Below, piece after piece: positions 13,501 to 23,854 of a stretch of DNA of 64,000 nt. This DNA comes from Fimbriosthenelais zetlandica (lineage: Eukaryota), in contig OZ365110.1 of the NCBI GenBank assembly GCA_977030845.1, positions 29,078,001 to 29,142,000 on the forward strand. The letters are read 5' to 3'. Numbering within the stretch: the stretch's first letter is position 1; each line of letters opens with the position of its first letter. The notes below the pieces were generated by a model. It was not told the origin of the DNA and searched no databases. It saw only the letters and a list, made by a program, of their open reading frames with translations. A program made the translations under genes and the position numbers.

Positions 13501-16500
13501 GGGGGCCATGCTCGGGAAAGCGTGGTTTACTTATCTCAGACAAACTCAGTGGAGGTCAGGATTATCAGATCAGCAGCTAAAGCTGGGGTGGACCATTTCC
13601 TGCTTAAATATGAGAGTGAGTACACTTTTTATTTTTTGGAAGGTAATTTAATATAGAGCAGTCCTATACATGGATCCTTGTTAATCAAGATTCTGATCGA
13701 TTATCTATATAAATGTTCAAGGATTCTGCGAGAAAATCCTTAGATAATTTTGTGACAAATAGATAATAATCATGGTTTATGTAGAAGATTCTTTGCAATG
13801 AAGACAAGAACACTGCAAAATGCATGTTGGCACTCCTAAGTCACGCTTCAGGCAAGGTCATCTCTCGTGCTGGATTCAGCTTTGCTGCGGGAGATTAGAC
13901 AGAAAATGTGGCCAATGGCCGACTACTGCTTGTGATAAATTCTCATTTGCTTATGAAAGTTTCATGTTCCAAGAAAGTACGAAGGTCAATGGATGTGTTG
14001 AGGTTACTGCCTTAGCAGCTACGGGTCTTAACCTCAACCATCCACGAACGTGCATACATAGTTTTCCATGACCATGATCAAGAAATATGGATGCTTTTTA
14101 TACTAGAAACGTCTCTATAATCGAGACATTAGGAGGAAAACTACCTAAAATATAGCTCTGGTTTAAATTGGGCCAGGTCCAACACAGAGGAGGCGTCAGA
14201 GGCGCCGGTGGTGTAATCAGGTGTGTTTACCTTTACACCGACTGCCTGACAGCAGCTACAGGTGCTGAATATCAAACCTTGAACTCTTAAAGAACCGAAA
14301 ACCTCTGTACTATTGCAGACCACTATTGCAGGTACTATTGCAGAACTAGTGTTCATGGATATAAGTACATACCAGCTATTGGTTTGGACATGTATGGAAA
14401 AGATGCATATCACTGCCTTCATTTTGGAAACTTATTCCATTATAAAGAGGGCTCAGAAGACCAAATATAGAAACTGTTATGAAATTTGACTTACAAATGT
14501 TCCATCTCACAAGAAATCACTCATTTTGTGCTGTCAGGTTATTCATTTGGAGTCATAATGTCTAGACAGTATACTTAGCAGTTACATACAGGTCAATTCC
14601 ATAATACAACTTTATTTCTGGTACTTACTCAGTTCTATCTATAACTGGCAAAACACAAATGAAATTTCCTGTACAGAATGGAACAATCTCATCCATAACT
14701 GAAAAGCACTTTGAGCTCTTTCATGTGGCAATATATGTGAGACCACCTGGCCTCTCCCACTCCTTCCCCCTCCTTTTTTCTACTTTACATTCATAAGGGT
14801 CCATTTTCATATTTTCTCTTTCTCTCTCAGATGCAGTCAGCAAAGAGTCTGGTTGGTGGAAAACCTCCCACGATATATATCACTGACAATATTGCAAAAC
14901 TAAGATGGATGCTTACTTTTTCCACAAGCATTTCCATTTCATTCAGTAACATGCCATGCCATTAACGAGACCAGCAATTTTCCCCATTACCTCTGATAGT
15001 TTTTTACCCTTGCCACATAACGGAAAGAGTTAAGTCACTGAGAGCTCTCTAAGACCTATAAAGCAAGCACACTAGGTATGAATAAATACAAGAAAATCAT
15101 GTAAAAGCAATTGAAATGCCACAAGCGTTGATTCAGACTGGTATTTTACATTAAAATTGTGTCGTATGATGTAAAATTCGGTGATAGCAAAAAAACATTT
15201 GGCCTGTAAAGACGAGGTAAGGCCTACCATGCTTTTATAATGCACTACATTTGGCTGTTCCAAACAGGCCTGGTAAAAGCAGGGTTGAAGAAATATGACA
15301 CCTTCCTCACCTTTCAGTTTCAGTCCATATCAACACTCATAATATATGTGATGGGTAGACCCAATCATATTATATTTATATGAAGGCTTACACTCTCATG
15401 TGAAGAGAGCGGAAGCAACATATGTCTAGTGTATTCATGTTATTCCTGTTGTGTATGTTCTGGTTCCTTATGAGATGCAGTACCTCTGCAGTAAGCCCCT
15501 TTTATGATTAATTACAGCTATAGGATGCCCCCAGTTCAAAGCCCCGAAGCATGCCCACATCAGGTTTGAGGAGGGCCGTATGTTTGTGACGTGTAATGGT
15601 ACAGGACAGACGTGGAGTCTTCACTGTGAGGGCAGCACCTGGGTCGGCAGATATGACAACTGTTCACAAGGTGAGAGAGGTAGACCATTAATACCACATG
15701 ACAATTGTTCACAATATTGGCGCTGTAAACGAATCATCTCCCGCGGTATGATGGATGGCAGGCAGGGTAAAGGTGCTGGACCAGCTCTATTCTTTACTCT
15801 GTGTTGCACACTTGTGGTGCCAGCCCTGACATTGTTTCTATTATTATTGTAGGGCCTGTCTCTATTTGCGTTAAGTAAAGGAATCATAGATATGAATTTG
15901 CAGATAAAGTGGAATTCTTGTAGGAAAAGACAGATCTGAGAAATATTTGTTAGCTCTATAATGTAGCCCACATCAATACAGATCTATTATAACTCACGTG
16001 TTCTGTAGACTGAATTATTGGCAATTTTATATTTTATCGTCGATTCGGAATTGGTCTGTAGCGACAATATTAGTATTGTTCTGGTCTATTTGTGACCATT
16101 TCTGAAATGATTACCAACTTTACATAGGTGATTTAGAGCAGTGTGTCATATAGCCGATATACTTTCTACCACCCACGAAGATGAATATTCTAATGATCCA
16201 TACTAGGAGATACTTCTAGCTTGGAGCCACACATTGTCGAGCTCTTTTACTTCTTACATCTCCTCTACAGTTCTTTTTACTTCTTATAAGACTAGGATAA
16301 TGACTGCCTCTAAGGCATACATTAAACCATACTTGATTGAACCATCGCTCAATAGCATTGAAGCCAGCCTAGAAAGTATAACTGTGTCCTATTACATGAA
16401 AACCATTATAAGCAGCGTGTCCTCTCATCTATTCCAGCTTCGCCTTGGGGTATACAAGAAGTCATCGGTAACTTCACATCTCTTCCCTTCGGTAAGTATA

Positions 16501-19500
16501 CAAACCGTCTCCAGAGTAATTTCACTGTATTGTGTTCAGAAGCTGCATGCAGAATGATCAAGATCTTTTGATGAGCAGCTCGAGGGGTGGAGATATAGAC
16601 TTGAGCTCATTGCAGGTGATGTGTGGCAGGACTGGGGTGAAGCTGGGTTAATACCATCGGGGTCTATTGTTTTACCCCTCCAGGGTTTGCCTAGCCTTGC
16701 CTATTCTTGCCTCAGCTGGTCCAGCTATTCCCACAAGGGTCTCATCTATCTGGAGAGTTGGCTTGTGAGTTAGCTCGGGGCGAGTGGATGGTAATTGCTC
16801 TCTCCCCTTGTTCAAATACGCCCCAACGGGATGTAGCATGTACGTCGCATCATATTCTGGCCTCTATGTCCAGCTGATTGAAATTGTCTTACATCTAAGA
16901 CCGACCAAGCCTTCAGGCAATTTCTTTCAATCTCCCGCTCACTTGGAGGAGAGATGGGATGGAGGGTCCCTCTAGGCTGAGCCAAGTCATTCCAAATCAC
17001 AAGATAGGTGGTGGGAAAAGAATAGCCGGCATCCACCAAAGATGAATGATGGGTGAGGGTAACACTGGCTACAGGCAGTTGGTGCGGAGCGCACGTCTTC
17101 ACATTTTCCCCCTATTTGGGAAGTGAGAGGCTGTCATAATGATCAGCGACATACCTCGCCGTGCTTTATCATCTATTCATTGATTTGTTGCGCTCTGGGT
17201 TGCTAGTAATCAAGAGTGGTGGCTTGCCATTGCAAGCCCCATTCACGGTCACCGCTGGCCCCTATATCATTATTATGCTCTCACCACCTGTCACGCCATC
17301 TGACGTCCCCCCAAATGAAACATGTTGGTAGGGTATCGATGTCGGTGTATCAATACCGCGCCGTCTACAATCCCATACATGGATGGGTGCGAGTGAGCGG
17401 TAACATGCTTGTGTTCTCAACATTGTATTCCGTCCATAAATATACAGCAGCAGTAAAGCCGACTGGAAAATATTGCCCATAAAACAACCTACACTGAATT
17501 CACACTCACGTATGGATTATGCTTTTATGTGACAGTGAGGTACACGTGCAGCCAGCCTGATAAGATGGTATAGAGAGAAAAGCCATCCACATGCCTCATC
17601 ATATACAGACCATCTCCAGAGGGGTCCATTGTTCCATTATTCTTTTCTTCATATACATACCTACTTAGACCTACCCTTGCAGCCATCGCGGAGCTCCAGC
17701 TAGTGGAAAATAGAGCGCACTAATTTTACCAAGTTTCAAGGCTAGGCTAGGTTAGTTTTAGGGTAGCTCATCGGTCCCTTTTACTTCACACCATATTAGA
17801 GTCATTCCCTTTAAAAGGAAAAAAGACTTACAGAGAATCAGATAAAAATGCACCCAGACACTTGTAGGGCCTACTGCCCTTGCATATCTCACTGAAGTGT
17901 TCCCATCGGACCCAGATCCCCTTGAGCAGGACTGATACGAAGAGTAGAAATGGTAAATAGGTTCAGCAGAGAAAGATAACTTCCCTAGAAAATCAATAGC
18001 AATACTGTCCTAAAATTGACAGCAAGGGAAGAATATAAAATCAGCTCTGTTTCAATGAAGGGAAGTTCTCGTGATCCTACGGATTTCATCAGGACTTGTA
18101 AATTGGATGTACTAAGAACACCCTGTTGTATATGTGCGACCAGGGTTTTGGTGCTTTGGATGTCCGCATCACTCACAGAGCTCTGATTTTATCTTCATTC
18201 TATTATTCACCTCACAGGACTTGGCCACTATGTTTGTACCATGGTTCTCGAGGTTTGTCAGCCTGTTTTTTCAGAACTGAAAGGGCATTGTGCATTTTCC
18301 GTTCTACACACTTTATAGATATATGTCCACAAAAAGTAAATGTATCCTTTAAGTGCTGTATATATGTTGTTCATCAGCACACAATAACCTCTGATAGGAC
18401 TTTGATTATGGTGCAATCAGCAGCTCTTTATTCTTTACAGGCTGCCTCACGATTCAGATTTCAAACAGAACTGCACGTGCTGCACCCATATTACTTCCCC
18501 TATATTTCATTATAAGAGCGGAACTAAACAATATGTATACAATCATCACATATACAAATGAAAAAAATTCCTTTCATTATTCAGCAAGAATATTAAAAGA
18601 AAATAGCCTTACATTTGTCACACAAAAAATTTCATAAACCGTTTTTGCAAGGCTGTATCTCGCCTTCGAATTGGAGTTATTTTTAACCAAAATGTAGCAA
18701 ATTGGTCATTTTATCTTGCAATATGCAGGCACATATGAAGGGAATGTCAAAAGGCAATATGTTAGGTTGAATGGGTTAAAAAATAGTGCATCAAAGACAT
18801 TAGAAGACATCCAGTCCATGTTAACTGATCACAGCATGTAGACTATAAGACACTGTTGACAAGACCTGATGGATTTTCCCCATGACCAATGCAATAAAAT
18901 ACCATAATACTGGACTCAGAAATGGCCAATTGTTATGTCTCACTAGCAGATCCATCATCAATTTGTCATTGTAACATCGTGTATGCTTCTAATTTCAGAG
19001 TTGACTGCTGTTCTTATTGCCAGCATTGCCTTCGTGGTCATTGTGTTTGTGCTTGTCATGGGATTTGTCTGCTTACGAAGGTAATGTATCATACTATTCT
19101 TTGTTTCTTATTTTTTATGTTTTACGATTGGAAAACTGGGATGATAAGCATATACATTGTAGGCCAATGAGAAGTTGTGCATTGATAAATTCTGGGATAT
19201 TCAGAATTATTATACTAAGAGATAGTTTAACAGGAGGTAGAGAACATTTTTTGAAGAGGAAGGTCATTTTGGTCCACCAAGTTATATAATAAGATCAGAG
19301 CATAGTTGAATATGCACGTGTCTTCATGAGAATGATATATATTGTTGGATTACAAAACCTTCGTGACTGCAAGTAACTTCAATCCTCAAAAAGTGGTTTC
19401 ATTCTTTTTCCTGAAGTTGAGTTATGAGCTGCCAACCATGCTCTGTGCCATGGAGAACACTTTTTTTCTGCAGATGCACAGGTTCCTGTTACGAATCATA

Positions 19501-20440
19501 TAATTCCCCCACAGATCCATAACGGATATGTTTTGCAAGCTGTAAAAAAGGAACCCTCATCACTTATTCACACACATAAATCAAAGGTCGTCATGTTGGT
19601 GGCCAGAAAACAAGATAAATTAGCAGTTGTACAATTCTGAAAGGCCTGCAATGTATCGTGCTTACAAAGCCTTCTGATCAACTCTTCAGTTAAATTCAAA
19701 AGGCAGTTCAAAACATCTTTCCTGCACTATCATTCATAGGGAATACTGCTGAATGAAATCAAGATTGATATAATTGGCCGTAATTATTATGGAATTTCTT
19801 ATTGCAATGTAAATGTTCCTTCCATATCCATGCCTTACATACAAAACCATAACATTTTGTATTTCTGCTATCACCTTTCATATTGTCAATTTATTTCTGA
19901 CAATGTCCATATATTTAATATTCCAGACGTCATCATGGAGGGCGTCCTCTTCCTCGCCCAAATCCCATGATGGTTGACCCATACGACAAGAACCTCTACA
20001 ATGGTACTATGATCGGGGGCAAGGAGTACGCCTCGACTGTTGGTCTGAGGAACAGTGGCAACAAGCACCGGTCCTTCAGTGGCGAGTATGCCAGTATATG
20101 GGAGTCTCAGTACCCTATGACTCTCCATCACCATCAGACAGTCCACGAGGACACTTTTGCCACTCCGATGTCAGGAATCCCTGACAGTAATAACTTCTCC
20201 ACACACACCGGCCTGCCTCCTCAACTACCGCCCCGTGTGGAACACATCTATGAGAGTCCCAAATTTGACCGGTGTGAGAGCTCCAGTCGGAGTGTTTCCG
20301 ACCTCCCCGTTTATTACGAACTAGACCCGGATGATAGTGACAAGAACCAAAACCACAGTTCGACTATGCCCAGGACTGCAGCTGGGGATTATTTTCACTC
20401 CCCAAGAGACCGCACACGGCCAGGACACAGAGACAGTTAG
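7311..20440 (+). CDS. Spliced gene, 5'-partial: join(7311..7595,13235..13615,15518..15670,16438..16491,18999..19080,19927..20440). Type I membrane protein with SUEL lectin, CUB, sushi-like, TM and cytoplasmic tail; signal-peptide exon not found in the window
   Basis: All introns are GT..AG with compatible phases (1,1,1,1,2). Exon lengths 285+381+153+54+82+514 give one continuous frame ending at TAG 20438-20440. Each exon encodes one coherent module. Confidence 0.88.
8560..8830. repeat. Pyrimidine-rich low-complexity tract (CT-rich on +)
   Basis: Runs of cttc/ctcc/cccct with few purines; accounts for the biased ORFs 8492..8830 and 8623..8865. Confidence 0.7.
10224..10256. repeat. T16-A-T16 homopolymer tract
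   Basis: Directly visible. Confidence 0.9.
10770..11260 (+). mobile_element. Decayed non-LTR retrotransposon (LINE) reverse transcriptase fragment in an intron
   Basis: Frameshifted translations in the expected RT order: FVATEVVQDAIEDYIK, HKSRGHHQTNEIILKAG (cf. KSPGxDxITxExLKAG), YSPPCVAFPPKY (cf. YRPISLL), LKEQASTRQ (cf. EQAGFR). Recognised by eye only. Confidence 0.45.
13235..13615 (+). CDS. Exon: CUB(-like) domain
   Basis: Acceptor tatatttcAG (13233-13234) and donor GTGAGT at 13616. Peptide has 4 Cys with CPWLIQAQPGQRINITLMDF, VCGG, SQTNSVEVRI and FLLKYE, matching the CUB pattern. Confidence 0.92.
14831..14886 (+). CDS. Candidate alternative exon: 21-nt microexon (14831-14851) or terminal exon ending TGA 14884-14886
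   Basis: Long polypyrimidine tract ccattttcatattttctctttctctctcAG. Phase compatible with the CUB exon donor. Weak donor GTTGGT at 14852 is frame preserving. Read-through gives NAVSKESGWWKTSHDIYH-stop, with AATAAA at 15081-15086. Confidence 0.35.
15518..15670 (+). CDS. Exon: short sushi/CCP-like domain
   Basis: Acceptor attacAG (15516-15517) and donor GTGAGA at 15671, phase 1-1. Peptide TIGCPQFKAPKHAHIRFEEGRMFVTCNGTGQTWSLHCEGSTWVGRYDNCSQ has 4 Cys with Trp before the last Cys. Confidence 0.85.
15671..15852 (+). CDS. Candidate alternative C-terminal extension of the sushi exon encoding a GPI-signal-like tail
   Basis: The frame stays open for 60 codons past the donor and ends ...GKGAGPALFFTLCCTLVVPALTLFLLLL-stop (ORF 15580..15852). 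Confidence 0.5.
16438..16491 (+). CDS. Exon: 54-nt juxtamembrane stalk (ASPWGIQEVIGNFTSLPF)
   Basis: Pyrimidine-rich acceptor gtgtcctctcatctattccAG and perfect donor G|GTAAGT at 16492. Phase 1-1, no stop codon, contains an N-F-T sequon, and bridges the sushi and TM exons. Not in the supplied ORF track. Confidence 0.8.
16800..17150 (-). mobile_element. Possible decayed LINE fragment (RT C-terminal region)
   Basis: Minus-strand ORF 16812..17102 has QLPVASVTLTHHSSLVDAGYSF and CLKAWSVLDVRQF, loosely resembling the LGVxxDxxLxF and KAxxxLG segments of CR1/L2 elements. Confidence 0.25.
18999..19080 (+). CDS. Exon: transmembrane helix (ELTAVLIASIAFVVIVFVLVMGFVCLRR)
   Basis: Acceptor cttctaatttcAG (18997-18998) and donor AG|GTAATG at 19081. 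About 25 hydrophobic residues followed by basic stop-transfer residues; phase 1-2. Confidence 0.88.
19927..20440 (+). CDS. Terminal exon: cytoplasmic tail with Tyr and Pro motifs
   Basis: Acceptor atattccAG (19925-19926), phase 2, in frame with ORF 19967..20440. Contains RPLP, two EYAS, PQLPPR, EHIYESP and VYYELDP; stop TAG. Confidence 0.88.
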
Positions 20441-21476
20441 GGTGGCATTGTCATTTGTCCATCTCCTTCATTAAATATCGCCCACAGCCAAGAGGACTGT
20501 CTCCGGCATGACTCGGAAGTCAGGGCTGACCCGAGTCATCATGTGCACGTGTCGTTTTCAGCCATAATAGGTGCACATGGCTTTGAAGTCTGCAGAAGAC
20601 AGAAAATGTTGAAATAGCATCTGTCAATTTGGCTGAGGCTGCTGAGAATGACGTTAGCCAAGGTGGAATAGAATGCCCTTATGCCCTCTGCAGACGACAG
20701 CTGACTACATATCCTCATATCGCAGGGAGTTAGGGGTGGGCATGTGGGAAGGACAGTGGGTAGGTTCAAAGGGCAGGTGTGCTGAGTTGAGAGAGAAGGT
20801 GGCGATAGAATTGAAGAACTGTGTGGGGGTAGGGGGTGAGAGTGAGAGTGGGGCAAGAAAAAACTGTAGGTTGGAGGAAGCTGTGTCTTTCACTCGCTCT
20901 CCACATGTTTGATACTGATTGCAGCGAGGGTGCCAGATGCACTGATCGCCTCAACGCCTCCTGGTGCAATTTAGCTTCCCCCACGAGAGGAGGCCCAGTC
21001 ACCTCTCCCCCTCAATCCTGTCTTTACTATTGCCTGAATCCAGCACTGATCAGTACGGACCATATATATATACCGACACTGGCCACCACCCCATGCACCC
21101 TGACTCAAGCTAATATTTGGTTATATGGATAATTTCACGTGTATTCCTTTAAACTATGTTTAGTGCTGCAGTTTCAAGTCTATTACAGACCACAAGCCTG
21201 TACACAAGCCTAAGGCTATTTGTTGCATTATCTTTGTCTTACATTTCTGAAATGGTGGACATAATGTCCTGCCATACAATTTTTATATTCTTTTAAATTT
21301 ATTTTGGGAGGGTTAAGGAAAACATGATTACTTTGAAATGAATAATGGACATCTATAAGTTTGTAATAGACAGATGCCTTCTGTGTACATGATGCTTTAA
21401 ACCTCAGCTTCCGAGATACGAATAAGACTGCTTCGGTATTGTATCTCTTGTGATAAAAATGTTTTTTTTAAAGAAC

Positions 21477-21482
21477 AATAAA
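21477..21482 (+). terminator. Candidate poly(A) signal AATAAA of the TM isoform
   Basis: First canonical AATAAA I found after the stop, about 1 kb downstream, followed by U/GU-rich sequence. An ATTAAA also occurs at 20470-20475. Confidence 0.35.
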
Positions 21483-23854
21483 TGATTTTGTAAAATGATC
21501 TTTTGTCGTTTACTAATGAATCTATATCTGTCTGAAGTTGGGTTTGCTAACATCTTTTCTTGCCATATTAGTACATTCCATCTCACACGGCTCAAAAGGC
21601 CACTAGCTAATAACTTGATGAAATCTAAAAAAGCTCAACATGATGATGACGTGAAGAGTTTATGGAAAGTATTTGGCATTTGAAGCAGTAAAATGTGACA
21701 TTTCCTCCCTGAACCCCATGGGAGAAAAATTCTCTATCATAATTCAAAAATTGTATGCCCTTAGGGATGGGAAGGAAAACCTGTCATTATTATAATATTA
21801 AAAAAATAATGTGCTAAACTTACACAGACGAATTCAGACTGTGTTACTATCTTTCTATCCTGATGAATTCAGCTAGATTACCAAATGAACATAATCTAAC
21901 TTATTTAGAACAACGTTGATGAATATGTCATAATATTCTGAGATGGGCAGTAACCAAGCTCATCGACCTGTCGGAGTTATATCTTGGGGAGCTACATCCT
22001 TTTTAGAATCATGGGCTTGTGTTTCGTTTGATCATATATCCTGCTTCAATATGAAACGTAATCCTGCTAAATTTTTTTATCACCACTGACAGGGATGATA
22101 CCCTGGAAAACATTTTTACTCACACAATACAACAGCCTCTCATATCTCTGTATAGGTCATTAAAATTATTTCAAATACGTACCTTATGAAGCATTTAAGT
22201 CAGAAATATAAACTGTTCCTTGTAATACAAACTTATATGAACATAATTTTCAATTGGGAGACAGAAAATGACACAATCTATACTCTGAGAGTAAATTAAT
22301 GTCAGGCATTCTGAGCGATGGTGGCATTTTTTAAGAAAATTATTTTAAACAATGTTAACAGTCACTGAGTCCGGAAATCAAAGTCCGACTCAACTGTGTA
22401 TGGAAAGCAATCAGATGGAAGCAGAGAGATATCAACAATATCAATAGTGTGTTTGGTGAATTTACAAAGAACATGATGCCAGGTTAATGTAACTGTTGAC
22501 ACCCAATTAAATGGGTCATCAATCACGTAGCTGGTCAATCATATCTTCATCTGAGCAGAGTGCCTCCAATTTCCGGCGTTTCATGGCTAGTTATAGGAAG
22601 CCTGAGAGGGAATGGATTATAGATGCCACCTAGACTGTTTACGATGGCAATGGGACGGTGTAGTGTTTTACGGGAGATACTCTCAAATATTAATGAACAA
22701 GTTGAAAGGGAATGCAATATCTTATGCAAGGTCATGGGATCTTATGGAAGGTCATGAGACCTTATATGCAATGGCATGAGATTTTAAGCAGAGAAAGTTT
22801 TACGAATATAAATTGTGTAAATGATTTAATAGCACCCTCATTAGTGATAAGAGTTTCTGTAGAGTCTTGTGTCATAAAAACAAGCAGCACTGGTATTTGC
22901 GGCTATACATAATAATCATCATTGATATCGATCGTAGTCTTCAAACTTTGAGTATATTTTACAAATGCTTGATTAAAAGCAAAGTGTTACTTGGGGACCC
23001 CTATCAGGCCATGTCTGCATGGATACTGAATGATGCATTATTCATGATCCACAAGGGACTTTTTTCTAAAGGAATACAATCTCTAATTGAGATTAATCAG
23101 CTACAGATTTTAAGCATAATATGAGAAAAAAACATCTCTTCTCCAAGGTACATCTCCATGATTTGCCCTACGATAGATCAGTTTCACTCGTAAAAACATG
23201 ATTTGCCATTCAGTTTTTTTATGCACAACAAAATAGGAACATTTTTACATGCATATATTAAATGCTGGGTAGGATCTGGATTGCAGTTTACAAGCTTGAT
23301 AAACACGACATTTCCCTTCCATCAACCTACACTGTTTAGCAGAAGGAAGAAAGAGGAAACCGAGCAACATCGGCCAACAGTTCAGTGTGTTCACGAAGGC
23401 ATTTTTAAATGGCAAAATCGGAGCATTACAATCAGAGTTAATATATTTGTTTCTTATAGAGAGCAATAGCCGAGCTGCTCACCACCGCACACCACCGCCC
23501 ACTGGTGCAGACAAACGTCAACAACAGCAGCGAATGCAGAGATTGAAACAGAGAGGGCGCCAGCAGAGTGGGAAGCCAGCGTTGTTTAGGAGTCAAAGCT
23601 GAGTAACGTTAGAAACGTTTGAAATTGAAGGAAACATAACCTGACAACAATCATGTCACCTTCTTAACGTGCTCAACATCTGCTCTGCTGGCAACCATCA
23701 CAGATTTGATGGTATCTCATTATTTTAATGTGCTTTAGATCGTAAAAGTAATTCCTTCTCACAGTATCATTCAGATGTACGGAGTGGCACATAGGTCTAG
23801 TAGGTTCATACATTTGTGGAGTCGAACAACCAAAAAGACATAAAAACAACCTAA

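Noticed and set aside
18218-18252. AG/GT-bounded candidate stalk exon
   Set aside because: At 35 nt it breaks the frame; 16438-16491 fits with better splice sites.
20508-20539. SECIS-like ATGA...AA hairpin
   Set aside because: ATGA pairs Watson-Crick with TCAT rather than forming the GA quartet, and the CDS has no in-frame TGA.
21830-21910. Possible miR-79/miR-9 precursor
   Set aside because: No complementary arm of pre-miRNA length; only a 10-bp stem, and the seed region differs from miR-79.
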